NCBI GenBank assembly: GCA_951406725.2
Contig: OX597835.1
Coordinates: 19,716,001 to 19,780,000 of the forward strand
Direction of reading: 5' to 3'
DNA: 64,000 nt
DNA from: Octopus vulgaris
Lineage: Eukaryota
The notes under the pieces: model-generated
Databases searched by the model: none
Told to the model about the DNA's origin: nothing
The model's input: only the letters and a program-made list of their open reading frames with translations
Part shown: positions 42,635-57,952 of the stretch, one piece after another
Layout: every line of letters starts with the position of its first letter
How positions within the stretch are numbered: position 1 is the first letter of the stretch
Translations under genes and position numbers: made by a program

Positions 42635-43191
42635 GAGTGAGAGAGCAGTTCATGTCATCAAAGTGACACTGGGGTAACATATACGAAGCCCAATATACAC
42701 GTCATGACTACCCGTCTGATAAGGGTACACCAGGCACATGCATTACAACCATATATGCGAAACATGGTTATCTCATATCATGATAAACAGCACATGACCA
42801 TGCAGGTGGGGCCCAGTTAGAATTTTCTTCAGGTTGAGTAGCCCATCCCGCTCAAAAGGTCCCTGAATAAGGGTTGTTTAAGGATGTTGAAAGAACCACC
42901 CATGTTTCCAGAGGTGAAACATTCAAACCCCAAAGAATCCCTCTCAACACATGGCTATGATGCTCCCCCACTACTTCTGCTCGTGATCAGAGATGCAAAT
43001 ATCGTCAGCCACTAAGGGACATGCTCAACTGGTTGAGGTCGAACAACTGACAAGCAAATCTGTGGTATTGAGCAGAATATTTGCTGTAGCCCATCTTTTA
43101 TACCAAGACAAAACAATGTAAATGATGACACTTCCAATCAGTTAAGATCAGAAGCCATGAGAGCCACTGCCTGGTACTACTGCATCAGGGC

Positions 43192-43194
<3 letters not shown>
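42635..43194 (-). mobile_element. Family D non-coding element embedded in (TAA)n; strand assigned from the TAA reading
   Basis: ~560 bp between two (TTA)n tracts; other copies at 10325 and 63315. Confidence 0.85.
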
Positions 43195-43258
<64 letters not shown>

Positions 43259-43293
43259 GTCGTTGTTATTGTTTGTTATTGTTATTATTGTTA

Positions 43294-43325
<32 letters not shown>

Positions 43326-43358
43326 GTCGTTGTAGTAGTAGTAGTAGCTAGTAGTAGT

Positions 43359-43404
<46 letters not shown>

Positions 43405-43420
43405 GTAGTAGTAGTATTAT

Positions 43421-43471
<51 letters not shown>

Positions 43472-44028
43472 CAGTGTGTTTTTTTAATACTAATACTAAC
43501 TCTAAATCTATGATATTAATACCAACTCATATGTTGTAATGGCTATCGTAGACTGAGCAGCTTCCTGCGACAAGAGGCACACCAGCCAAAGCTTTGATCT
43601 TGCGACTGGTGTTATAATGATGTTGCACCCAGATATGACCGCACATATGTATTCACAGAAATATGCATGCATACATACATACATGCATACATTTATTTGT
43701 GTGCATATATATACGCATATACATATATGCATCCATATATACACATATATACATGTATATATACACAAATATATATATATATGCATCTATATATACACAC
43801 ATATATACATGTATATAGATATAAATATCTATCTATATATATATATATATATACATTCACACACACACACATATATATGTATATATATATATATGCATAT
43901 ACATATGTATCTATATACATTTATATAAGCATATATACTCACATATGTATTCTCAGTTATTGTTTGTGTCGTTGTTATTATTGTTGTTGATATTATTATT
44001 ATTATTATTAGTAGTATATATATATATA

Positions 44029-44070
<42 letters not shown>

Positions 44071-44106
44071 TATATATACATATATATATACATATATATA
44101 ATATAT

Positions 44107-44137
<31 letters not shown>

Positions 44138-44172
44138 GCACATAACACTCATATATATATTTATACACACAG

Positions 44173-44205
<33 letters not shown>

Positions 44206-44585
44206 GAGAGAGAGATAATGGGATATGTGTTAGAAGATACGACACGCGAAATTGATTGAATTATTGAATAAAAGCACAATGGCCCGATTGATGTCTATGG
44301 CGGGCTATACAAGATAGTGGGACGCAGATGGTGACCCTATCGCAGCAACGATTTCAAAAAGGTGCGAGTTGAACACCTCTTGTCAATTTATCGATACTGG
44401 AAAATCCATCTATCTGCTGCTGTAGAATAGATGTAACGAACAATTCCTGCAGAGCGTTAGGCTGATATAGGAGATTATGTTTGATCACCAAGTAATTAAT
44501 TTTGAATTATAGAAGATACTGCGCGCAATACATACAAACTTCTATAAGCAAACAAGTTTCTCACGAAAAAATAACGAAACATTGG

Positions 44586-44943
44586 GGAAGCACTCCGTCG
44601 GTTAAGACGTCGATGGTTCCGGTTGATCCCAATCAACGGAACAGCGTGCTCGTGAAATTAACGTGTAAGTGGCTGAGCACTCCACAGACACGTGTACACT
44701 TAACGTAGTTTTCGGGGATATTCAGCGTGACACAGAGAGTGACAAGGCCGCCCCTTTGAAATACGGGTACAACAGAAACAGGAAGTAAGAGTGAGAGAAA
44801 GTTGTGGTGAAAGAGTACAGCAGGGATCACCACCATCCCCTGCCGGAGCCTCGTGGAGCTCACAACGCCCGGTCTGGGAATCGAAACCGCGATCCTAAGA
44901 CCACGAGTCCGCTGCCCTAACCACTGGGCCATTGCGCCTCCAC
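44586..44943 (-). mobile_element. SINE family C with a small internal deletion
   Basis: Reverse complement of family C. Confidence 0.92.
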
Positions 44944-45692
44944 GACGAAATATTATTATAGTTTACCATGATAAAGTAGAAGCGAAGAGATTTATGAAAC
45001 AATTCATGTAGAATGATCCGTAGATCCGTAGATGTATTAGACAAATATTCTACCTAGAAACGAATTGTGGTTGTGACTGGAACACATTTAACTAAAACCA
45101 TTTTCTCAGGTGTGTTCGGTTGTTAAATAAAAAAAGTAAATGTTAGTCGATGAATCTGGAAAATAGATTATATGGAATACATTTTTATGCTAGAAATGGA
45201 AAATTCATATACGTCCAATCACTCTCTACGACCTTTAATAATGAACACATAGTACATAGGTTAATTAGCGAATATTCCACACAAGCCGTGAGGGTTTTCA
45301 TGGTCACCGATGTTTTGGATAAGAACAACGAAAGCAATATATATGGAGGTGATTTTTTAATAAAAATAATGAAGGTAATTCTTGAATATGAAGGTGATTC
45401 ATAAACAAATTCCTCTCCTATGCATCCCTCCAAAATTTTGGAAGAAGGGATATGTTAGTCATTTTGCATTTAATAATTTTTAAAATAAAGTCCTTGTTTC
45501 AGGTTAACTCCAACTGTAGGGGTGCGTTGTTCAAATTTTTACTGCTACCAAAGCATCCGCACCATCTTAATATTTTGGGCGGAATTTGTAGGTAAAGGTA
45601 CCTTTTTTCTATCGGTCGGAATTTTTTAATCGCCAGAAAACAAACGCCAACGAAATCTAACAAGACTTTGCATTCAATGTAATACATCCGAA

Positions 45693-45946
45693 AGGCGGGG
45701 AGATGGTAGAAACGTTAGAACGCCGGCCGAAATGCTTAGCAATATTTCGTCTGTCTTTATGTTCTGAGTTCAAATTCCGCCGAGGTCGACTTTGCCTTTC
45801 GTCCTTTCGGGGTCGATTAAATAAGTACCTGTTACGCACTGGAGTCGATATAATCGACTTAATCCGTTTGTTATCTCTGTGTTTAGCCCCTTGTGAGTAG
45901 TAAAGAAATAGGTATTTCGTCTGCCGTTACGTTCTGAGTTCAAATT
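45693..45946 (+). mobile_element. SINE family B plus partial second unit
   Basis: Family B body, then a repeated TATTTCGTCTG...GAGTTCAAATT block. Confidence 0.88.
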
Positions 45947-46306
45947 AAAAAAAAAATCTAAATGACTTTTAGATGTTTAGGCATCATGCATCATCAAATA
46001 CAAGGAAATGATGGCACTGAGCTTCCATCCTGCAAGATGCTATGCAAACGAAGATAGCAAACGGTCTCCATCCTGCTTGCAACACGTAGAAGTACTATGA
46101 AGAAAATATATTTTATTGGTGTTGCATTATTACCACGTTCGTTTCTCGCTCTTCTGGCAAAATTCAATTCATGAAACTCTTTATTTCCATTCTTCGATTA
46201 TACGCAACTTGTGTGAGTTTTTGTGTGTATGTGTGTGTGTGTGTGTGTTAATACTTATGTATACAGTAGAACGAGAACAAAAATTATATATATATATTTA
46301 TATATG

Positions 46307-46342
<36 letters not shown>

Positions 46343-46377
46343 TGTATGTATGTATATATATATATATATATATATAT

Positions 46378-46431
46378 GTTAGAGTGTCCCTGTATATATT
46401 ATTTATGTATTCATGTATGTACAAAGGTATG

Positions 46432-46492
<61 letters not shown>

Positions 46493-46506
46493 TTATATAT
46501 GTTTAT

Positions 46507-46553
<47 letters not shown>

Positions 46554-46602
46554 CATAGCTTTGTACATAATGGATACATAAATAATATATACATAGACAC
46601 TC

Positions 46603-46644
<42 letters not shown>

Positions 46645-46696
46645 GCCTTTGTACATTCATGGATACATAAATAATATATACATAGACCCTCCAACC
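46378..46696. repeat. ~50-bp unit, once forward and twice inverted, among TA tracts
   Basis: 46378-46430 is inverted relative to 46559-46606 and 46645-46696. Confidence 0.8.
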
Positions 46697-47784
46697 TAGG
46701 CAAACACTCACAGATGGCTCTATTCTTGTGACTCTGTGTCTCATTGTTTCTGTGTGTGTCTGTGTCTCTGTGTGTAACTGTGTATGTGTGCGTGCGTGTA
46801 TTCATAAATTGTTGCATCTATCTACCGCATCATTCTCTCAAAACATACACCTAAACCACCCTGGTATCTATCAAAAATGTTCATCTAAATATTTGGTCCT
46901 TTCTGTCTGGACCTACATATTTCATAGTGGCGGGTCTTCTCCATTCTCTTATACGTAACAACATAACAGCAAAGACGACGAAAATATACGGAGGGCATTA
47001 TAAAACCTAGATATACTATGTTGCAAAGATTGGCTGCACGCTAACGCTGCAATCATTTAATCAGAGATTCCTCTTTAATACAAGGCTGATATGGGATTAT
47101 GTGATCAGAATAATCAACAATCAATGAATGTATTAAATAAATCATGAAACATATTGGTCCATTCGTATATAAGTAAATCACTAAAAGAAGCGACATATCC
47201 TCAGGGGAGAGGTCAGGTTAAGAAGCAAGACGAAAATATGAAAGTATATATAAAAATAAATGGAATTATTCTGTTCAGACATTTTACAATTATGTTTCAG
47301 TCCTGTCAGTCAGGAGGCCAAGAAATATCTTCATAATTACTCTATTGTAATTTCTCTATTAATAAATTAGCTTTAATTAGAATTATTCATGAACTTAATC
47401 ATACTAATTATAATGTCTATTCAAGATCGGTGGAAGATATTTTGTTTTAATTTTATCACTTTGAAAAGGTCGCATTTTCTAATTTTCATATTTTTTTCGT
47501 TAATCAGTGGACATTCAACTACAAGAAAATATTAAGTACTATTTCGTCCATGTACAATATCCTTTCATTGGAGATTGCCTGGAGATAGCTGTGTGATGGA
47601 GACAAATTATAGATGTCCGAAGACAGTGCCAAAAGCTGCCAGAGAAAATAAAATGATAAACAATGGTTCCATAACTAAAGACACAACATACACTCATTAA
47701 TGAGCGTAACAACGACCACTGTCTACAAAGAAATGAGTAACAATAAACATCTATCTAGCTATCTATTTATCTTTACATAGATGC

Positions 47785-47827
<43 letters not shown>

Positions 47828-47860
47828 CGTGTGAGTGTGTGTATGTGATTGTGTGGGAAG

Positions 47861-47917
<57 letters not shown>

Positions 47918-48069
47918 ACTGTAAATTTAAGGTGAATACTTGTTAAGTGTAAGCACCTGTATACGCTAGATAGTGGCAGCGAGAGAGAATATATCATATA
48001 AAATCAAAAACAGAACACAAAGGATATGTTTCGTGTTCTGCTTTTGATTTTATCTTATATATATATATA

Positions 48070-48448
48070 CACTTGCGTCAGAAATTAATTAGCACTTCTC
48101 GAATTTCTACATTAAATAGGTTAAATCAATTAACCTATGAGCTGTTCAAAACGTCTTACGCGATGAGAAAACTTAGTATGGTGTGATTTCGGTCCTTGCG
48201 AGGCGCTACCTATATCTATTAAACAAAGGAAGATTTGTCTGCATCCGCACTCCAAGTTGTTGTTGCACTGCTATGTCAACATCATAAGGCTGTAGACTCT
48301 CAAACTGCTCTGCAAACAAAGTTACGTCATCGTTCTGCGCAACAGTGAACTCGCAACAAAGCAATAGTTCTAGATATGGCCACTAGGTGACAGCACATAC
48401 CTTGAGTGAAGAGCAAATCAAGGGTGGTAATTAATTTCTGACGGTAGC

Positions 48449-48449
<1 letters not shown>
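48070..48449. mobile_element. Tc1/mariner-type MITE with TA flanks
   Basis: TA-CACTTGCGTCAGAAATTAATTAGCAC ... GTGGTAATTAATTTCTGACGGTAGCG-TA (22/26 TIR match). Confidence 0.75.
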
Positions 48450-48512
<63 letters not shown>

Positions 48513-48585
48513 ATATAGATATAGATAGATTGATATAGATATAGATATATATGTACATATAAGTGTATATATGTGTATATATGTT

Positions 48586-48628
<43 letters not shown>

Positions 48629-49019
48629 CCATACGCATTTGTATGTGTGTGTGTTATGGTGACAAAAATATCGTTTCTTCTAATAATGTTCATACGTCGT
48701 TTAGAGATGTTAGAAGCAGCTACTTTGCTCGTTACGGGATCAGCGGCTGTCGGCTGCTTCTCTGTTTATGTATTGTGAGTAGGGATGATTGATTGCCATC
48801 CCTAGCAGGTCATGGAATCTAATGACGCAGAAACAATGGTATCTAGGTCTTTTAATGGTACGCTGGGGTTGTCTGCTCCTTTACTCAAAATATATAGGAC
48901 ACACTTTGAATGGGTTAAAATGTATGAACATAGTTCTTTATAGAGCAGCCACGTTACAGTGGTAAAAACATGTTACTCTATCCCCCTATACACACGTATA
49001 TATATATGTATATATATAT

Positions 49020-49403
49020 GTGGAGGCGCAATGGCCCAGTGGTTAGGGCAGCGGACTCGCGGTCATAGGATCGCGGTTTCGATTCCCAGACCGGGCGTTG
49101 TGAGTGTTTATTGAGCGAAAACACCTAAAGCTCCACGAGGCTCCGGCAGGGGATAGTGGTGGTCCCTGCTGTACTCTTTCACCACAACTTTCACTCACTC
49201 TTACTTCCTGTTTCTATTGTACCTGTATTTCAAAGGGCCGGCCTTGTCACTCTCTGTAGTCACGCTGAATATCTCCGAGAACTACGTTTAGGGTGCACGT
49301 GTCTGTGGAGTGTTCAGCCACTTACACGTTAATTTCACGAGCAGGCTGTTCCGTTGATTCGGATCAACCGGAACCCTCGTCGTCGTAACCGACGGAGTGC
49401 TTC
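49020..49403 (+). mobile_element. SINE family C, full length
   Basis: Near-identical to other family C copies. Confidence 0.92.
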
Positions 49404-49412
49404 AAAAAAATG

Positions 49413-49450
<38 letters not shown>

Positions 49451-49465
49451 ACGTTATATAATTAT

Positions 49466-49835
49466 GGCTCAGTAAAATAATTTACTTTGCCACATACTGA
49501 AATTTTTAGAAATAGCAGCCAAAATGTTTTAATTCGACTAATCTAGAAATGTGAGCGTTCTCAAATAATCTTTGTACATGTGATAGTTTGTATTTTCCCT
49601 CCATATCTACGTGAATTATTTTTGAGTAAACACTATCTGTGAGACTCTTTTTAAAGTAGTGGAAATGGCTAAAAAAACATTTTGGCTGCTATTTCTAAAA
49701 ATTTCAGTATGTGGCAAAGTAAATTATTTTACTGAGCCCTAATATATTGAATACACCTTGAATGGTCCTTTTCGATACTGAACACTAGTTGGTGAAATTA
49801 ATTAATAATTAATTGATTTTACCCTTAATCATTGA
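49466..49835. repeat. 65-bp perfect inverted repeat with unique tail between TA tracts
   Basis: 49466-49530 is the reverse complement of 49674-49738. Confidence 0.9.
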
Positions 49836-49915
49836 TATATATATAAATGCAAACACGAACAACCTCACATGGAAACTGTTACTAGTTGCATATGAATATA
49901 AGTATTGAGACTCAC

Positions 49916-49946
49916 CTGTTATTCTGGGGGGAGGTGGCCCCGGCAT
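49916..49946 (-). CDS. Candidate first coding exon (MPGPPPPRIT..., phase 1)
   Basis: ATG at 49946-49944, GC-rich codons, ends at consensus donor CAG|GTGAGT; no downstream exon identified. Confidence 0.25.
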
Positions 49947-50486
49947 TGAGAATAATGAAAGGAATGTAAATTCGTCAATTGAAAATTGTGAAAACTTGTG
50001 TAGACTACTCACTTTTTTAACAGGATTTTTTCTTCCGGCTATCACATCTTCAGAAGAAAGGAATCATATCCATGTATTTGCCTCATCCTGATAAACGTTT
50101 TGCCAAGCGACTCTACTGCTAGAGTCTGGTACCCTAGAACGGCTTGGGTTCATATGAAGTTTTCACCGATGTTGATATCCTTCCTTTCTCCCACGCAGAA
50201 AGTGTTAACAAAATATGGTGTCCACTTACATAACCTTTTCATCTTGTTCCGAAATATTGATTTTGGGCTGGGGAAAATCGTTTCTCAGTATTTTTGCATA
50301 TTAAGGCGACAAGCTAGCGGAATTTTAAGAACACCGGACAAAATGCTTTTTGGCATTTCTTCCGACTTTACGTTGTGTGCACACATTTCCCTTAGATCGA
50401 CTTTGCATTTTAGCATTTCGGGCATCTACCAGTCAAATACGGAGATCTATTAATCAACTAGCTGCAGCCATGAAATTGCTGGCCGT

Positions 50487-50888
50487 AGGCACAAGAAAAC
50501 TGCACATGGAGACAACATGATCAATGGTCTCATTTTGTTGTTGACATACACGACGTGGTGGGGAGCTACCGTTCTGTTGCGTAACGATCCAGCCGTCTAA
50601 CCTATGTAATTATGTTGGTAACCATTACATAGACGAATTTTTCCGTGTTGCAGGTGATATTGGACTTGACTTTGAATGTTTGGACATCACTGAAACTAAA
50701 TTCTGCCACCTCAATTAGGTGAACGAAAAGTTCATCGCAGGTAGGCATTGATCTTGGACTGCTATGATAAACCCTTCTGTTTCTGATTTTAAGCCAGAAG
50801 CCATTAGCTAGTGATGGGTAAAGTATTTGTCAACATCGACATTATTCGCTCTCTTTGGGGATTAGCCATTGAGAGGTTTTTCTTGCCT
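50487..50888 (-). pseudogene. R4/Dong-type non-LTR retrotransposon ORF remnant (post-RT region and zinc knuckle)
   Basis: 50888-50739: RQEKPLNG*SPKRANNVDVDKYFTHH*LMASGLKSETEGFIIAVQDQCLP; 50556-50487: RRVCQQQNETIDHVVSMC (CCHC-like); abuts (TAA)n. Confidence 0.8.
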
Positions 50889-50897
50889 ATTATACTG

Positions 50898-50999
<102 letters not shown>

Positions 51000-51015
51000 T
51001 ATTATTATTATTATA

Positions 51016-51098
<83 letters not shown>

Positions 51099-51138
51099 TA
51101 TTATCATTTTAATCATTATCATTATTATTATTATTATT

Positions 51139-51700
<562 letters not shown>

Positions 51701-54245
51701 TACCGCTGTTCATCTCCATCCACAATTAGTATAGACGTGATGGTGGTGCTGGAAGTATGGGAGAATTATATTTTTACTGAACGCACTGTTTTTGTTATCA
51801 TTATTCTTGTCGTGGTTCCTGAGTCTTTTTGCTCACCATTGTTATTTTATATAAACTAATATACTTTAGGTACCACCATTCAGGTGTTTTTGAGTCAGTG
51901 TGTTTGTGTTTGTGTGTATATTCATGTATGCCCACATACCTGATGTGTGTGTTCAGCAATTCTTCAACCCTTTTATTTACTTTGGATTTCTATGAAGGAA
52001 AGATACATGGTCGAATACTAAAAGAATGTTTGAATGAAAGCTTTGTTGTCCATTGCTGTCAAATTGTAGCTCTCCCAATTCATACCTTTCAGGTAAGACA
52101 TTTCTGATATTCATCATTTTTCGTACGTAATCCATATTTCAAAACCTCTATCCAATTATTTTCACTGTACATCTCGCAGCAGGAACTGCCATTTGCAAAC
52201 AGCAAATTAGAGAGGAAAATGGAACAAAAAAAAAGGAGTAAATAGGAACTAAAAAGAAAAAAAAAGAGAATAGAAATAATTTCTAATAACGACTGGTGTC
52301 TATTCATTCCGGAATCTCATATATGTGTATTTGTGTGTGGGCGTATATACGTGTATGTGTATGAGAGAGAGAGAGAGCATATGACATAAAAAGGAAACTG
52401 TGTGTGTAAAATTGTGTGCGAGCCTCTGTGTGTACGTATACACCCCCATATATATACATATATACATAGATGAAACTTATGCACAGTTCCCCATACCATT
52501 GATCTTTCCAATATAAATACAATAATCATATACACATACACGTGCTAAGCACATGAGCAGGTTTTTCCAGGAGAAAATATCTACAGACAATGGAATTTAT
52601 CTTGAATATATCCTCCGTTCTTACTTATGTATTTCCTCAATCTCTTGTAAGACTTTGACGGAATTATTACATCTACTTGTACACTTTGATTAGAAAGCAA
52701 AACACTGTATAACTAAAGCAGTGAAGCATTGAGCGACTGTCAAACTAAAATGTAAACTGTTGCTTTAGTCAATAAGTTGGCGGGATTGAACTAGGGCTAT
52801 GCTTATGTATGGTATTTCTCCTTGCTAGAAACAACTGATTAGTGTTCCTTTTCTCAGATTTAACTATTAAAATGATATGCATTGGAGTATATAGTTCTGG
52901 GTGCAGACTTTGGAAATAAATTGAGATACAAATTATTTGAAGTCTTTGATCATACATCGATATAGTTAAATCTGACATTTGGGTCGACATTTACACACAT
53001 ATCTTTCATTTGTGAATTGTACGTTAGTTTTAAGCAATTTGTTTATAATTGTCCCTTATTAAAGCGCAAAGCAATTAATATAAAATTGTGGGCATAATGG
53101 ATAAATGGATAAAATCTAAGCCAGTCATTGACTAATACGATATTTTATAAAACCGGTGGATTTTGTCTCGGTGGATTTAGAGCCGACTGTTAGAAGACGG
53201 AACGAACACCTTAAAACTTTTTTCTTCAGGGAGAGATTACTCGGTACAATCAACATCACTACTTAACGGTTAATAAAATATATTAACCGTTAATAAAAAA
53301 AGGTTAATAAAATATATTAACCGTTTTTATCCCTGGAGGTAAAGCCGAGCTCTTCGGTATTGAAATCAGAACAAATTTTCACTAGAGATTTTTCTCGATA
53401 CGTTATCCAAATTGTCCATTAATTTTAATAGAGTCACTAGACCGTCTCCATTTCGGTATAAGAGTACATCAAATCTTGAGGATTAACATTTTACAGAACT
53501 GCGTAACTCAATATAAACTCCGAGTTGCTTTCGGATTTCATATTGCGGTAGCAGCTGTATGATTCTTTCATTGAACAACTGTCGAATATTTCTCTTTACA
53601 TGTAAGTGATGACTACACACACACACAAACACACACACACACACAGCTTATAACCGAGATCATATAGGAATATATTTGAATACGTGAGACATTGCAAGAT
53701 CTCGTTTGAGTGCGGTGAATTGTTGTTGATATATACAATTATTGGATGATATTTCTTCAGGAAACTAACACTACACTGTGACATTTAACCTCCATACGAC
53801 GCCCAAACAATGACCCGCAAATTATGAAGAAAAATGTTAACAATACGCAATAAAGAATTATTATCAGCTCACAAAGTCTAAGTTGTAAGGTCCATATATA
53901 TCATTATTTTATTATTAATGAGAAACAAACAAACAATATATACGTATGTATAATCATATGTATATATATATATATATGCACACGCACACACATACATGTA
54001 TATATAAACACACTCAGACACACACTCACATGCACACGTATATATACGCAGATATATATACACATATATGTAAACAATATTGCTTGATAGATCGATAGAT
54101 AAATATGTGTACACCTATATGTATATATAATATAGAATTATATATATATATATATATACGTGTGTGTGTGTGTGTACGTATGCATATATATATGTATATA
54201 CATATATATATGTATCTACAGATATCTACATTTATATATAGGTAA

Positions 54246-54310
<65 letters not shown>

Positions 54311-55234
54311 AAATATACATTATAATAAATATCGGAAGCCAAAAAAATATCGCTGTAAAAAGAGCAGTGAATCGAAGAACAGGAAGCAGTCGCAAAAACA
54401 ATCATTCTAACAATGGAAAGGCAAGCTACAACAATATTACTATTATTTGGATGTATTGATTAGGTCTTAGTTTAATATTAAGTCATTAGAGTAGCTAATA
54501 AGAAAACCAACGATGCTTTCTAAAAAGAAAAATATTGTTTGTCTTGCAGCTACTAAAAAGATATAATATATATTTACATTAGAGCGCACACGCTCACACA
54601 TACACTTTAACCTACACATACATATACATATACATGTATACGTATATACAGATAAATATAAATGTGTGTTTATATATACAATTATATAATGGCGTTGGCA
54701 AATGTAGGTATACAATTACTTAATATGACTAGAATATTAATTATGTTTCTCAATTACTTTTTTAGTATTAGAATGTATAGCTACTTTTGTTTACCCGTGT
54801 ATGTTTATACGTATAAAAATATCGATCGTATAAACACAAATATTCTGTTGAGAGACCTGATACAAAATATCGTATATCTTTGTTGATATATATAGGGTCC
54901 TTGCCCTAGACCTATAATCCACAATTGAACCTTATATTGACGATTGTTCATAAGGCACATCCATAGGGAAATGGTTGCATTACTGAAAAATTTCGAAGAT
55001 CTGAGTTTGAGGGTAAAATCAAAAATGTTTCAACGCATTAACTTGTTTGCTGAAATGGGCACAATTCCTAGCGTTTTGTATTTACGGAATTTTCAGCGTC
55101 TGTAATGCACACCACTATGTCTCCTACAATTTGACACTGTTTCCGGAAAGGAATTGTCGGTTTTAAAATGTACAAGTAATAACTAGGTGTTTTGGAGGCC
55201 TGCTTTTTAACTGCATTTCAGACTCAATGCATGT

Positions 55235-55985
<751 letters not shown>

Positions 55986-56480
55986 ATATCATAACCATAA
56001 TTACATTTAGGAATAGAAATTTAACGCATAATCATTGAGATCCGAATTTGATATCTGTATTTATTTTCATCGGATCCATTCAGTATTTATGGCTAACATC
56101 GACCAAATAGATGCAGAACAACCAACAATAACCATTCAACGTGCAAGTCAACTAATATTAACAAGCTTATTCAAATGGCTTTATATATCTGAATTAATGG
56201 TAGGGTATTAATATAATCCCCTAAATTGAATTATTAGCCATTCCTTGAACAACTGTGATAATTGTTTTGCTAGATGAGGGCTGTCCGGGAGCTGGAAAGC
56301 CAACGAAGCGCAAAGTGTCACGTTGTGTCTATACACAGGCATGTACAAAATTTGCAGCTAATCAGATTTATATATAGTGTTGTATTCTTTTCTATATACA
56401 GCTATCTCCGTAACCTGACACGCCATGAAAATAAGATTTGTGAATATTTCGTATTTGGAAAGAGAAACATCATATATATA

Positions 56481-56662
56481 GGCGTAGGAGTGTCTGTGTG
56501 GTAGGTAGCTTGCTTACGAACCATATGGTTCCGGGTTCAGTCCCACTGCGTGGCACCTTGGGGAATTGTCTTCTACCATAGTCTCGGGCCGACCAAAGGC
56601 TTGTGAGTGGATTTGGTAGACGGAAACTGAAAGAAGCCCTTCGTATATATATGGATATGTAT

Positions 56663-56726
<64 letters not shown>

Positions 56727-56960
56727 ATGTGTGTGTGTGTACGTGTATATGTCTGTGTTTGACCCCCAGCATCGCTTGACAACAGATGGTGGCGTGTTCA
56801 CGTCACCGTAACTTCTCGCTCGGCAAAAAGACCGATAGATTAAGTGCTAGGCTTACAAAGAATAAATCCTGGGGTCGATTTGATTCATCCACTAAAGGCG
56901 GTGCTCCAACATGGCCACACTCAAATGACTGAAACTATTAAAATTGTAAAAGAGTAAGAG
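56481..56960 (+). mobile_element. SINE family A, full length
   Basis: Matches family A. Confidence 0.9.
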
Positions 56961-57431
56961 TACGCAGAAACTTATATTCATAATAATAATATTTCTTTTT
57001 TAAACTAACCAAAATTAATTCATAGTTTCTAGATGTACAAAATATTTTGCACACCAGAACATTTCGGGTGCTGAGTCTCTTATAACCATGACGAATCTAT
57101 TGCACATATAATGTCCAGATTAGTCGGGCCTTGTGTCTTGAGTAAAAAAGAATATCTAGATCACTGATTTTCAACCACATTTTACCTGTAAAAACTAGTT
57201 TAGTAATTATTTCTTTTAAAATTCCTATTTTGTTTTTCACACGTCGGATTTTGTAGATTCAGTTACATAAACGTTTGAGAATAAGAACTTATTTCTTGTA
57301 ATGAACACATCTAGAGCAAAGTTTTTTGTCATTTACCCTTAACATACTACTCATGATCGCTAAATTACCATTTTACTAGCATTGCCCCACCACCACCACC
57401 CAAACATTATATATGGATTTCTGTGTACATA

Positions 57432-57952
57432 GGCGTAGGAGTGTCTGTGTGGTAAGTAGCTTGCTTACCAATCACATGATTGCGTGTTCAGTCCCACTGT
57501 GTGGCACCTAAGGCAAGTCTTCTACTATAGCCTCGAACCGACCAAAGCCATGTGAGTGGTTTTGGCTTCCCTATGTCTTGCTGTAACTAGCAGCTCTTAA
57601 TAAATTTAATTATTACCTACATAGGAGTCTATATCTACTCTAACTCGAAGCAGTGAGTGGATTTGGTAGACGGAAACTGAAAGAATCCCATCGTATATAT
57701 ATATATATATCGTATATATATATATATATATGCATGTATATATGTGTGTGTGTGTGTGTGTGTATATGTTTGTATGTCTGTGTTCGTCCTCCCAATATCG
57801 CTTCACAACCAATGCTGGTGTGCTTACGTCCCCATAATATAGCAGTTCGGCAAAATGAACCGATAGAAAGAATAAGTCCTGGGGGTCGATTTGCCCGACT
57901 ACAGGCGGTGCTCCAGTAAGGCCACAGTCAAATGGCTGAAACAAATAAAAGT
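57432..57952 (+). mobile_element. SINE family A with an 87-bp insertion
   Basis: Family A sequence interrupted at 57566-57652. Confidence 0.88.

Noticed and set aside
49020-49095. tRNA-like heads of SINE C as tRNA genes
   Set aside because: No proper acceptor stem; each continues into the same ~300-bp SINE body
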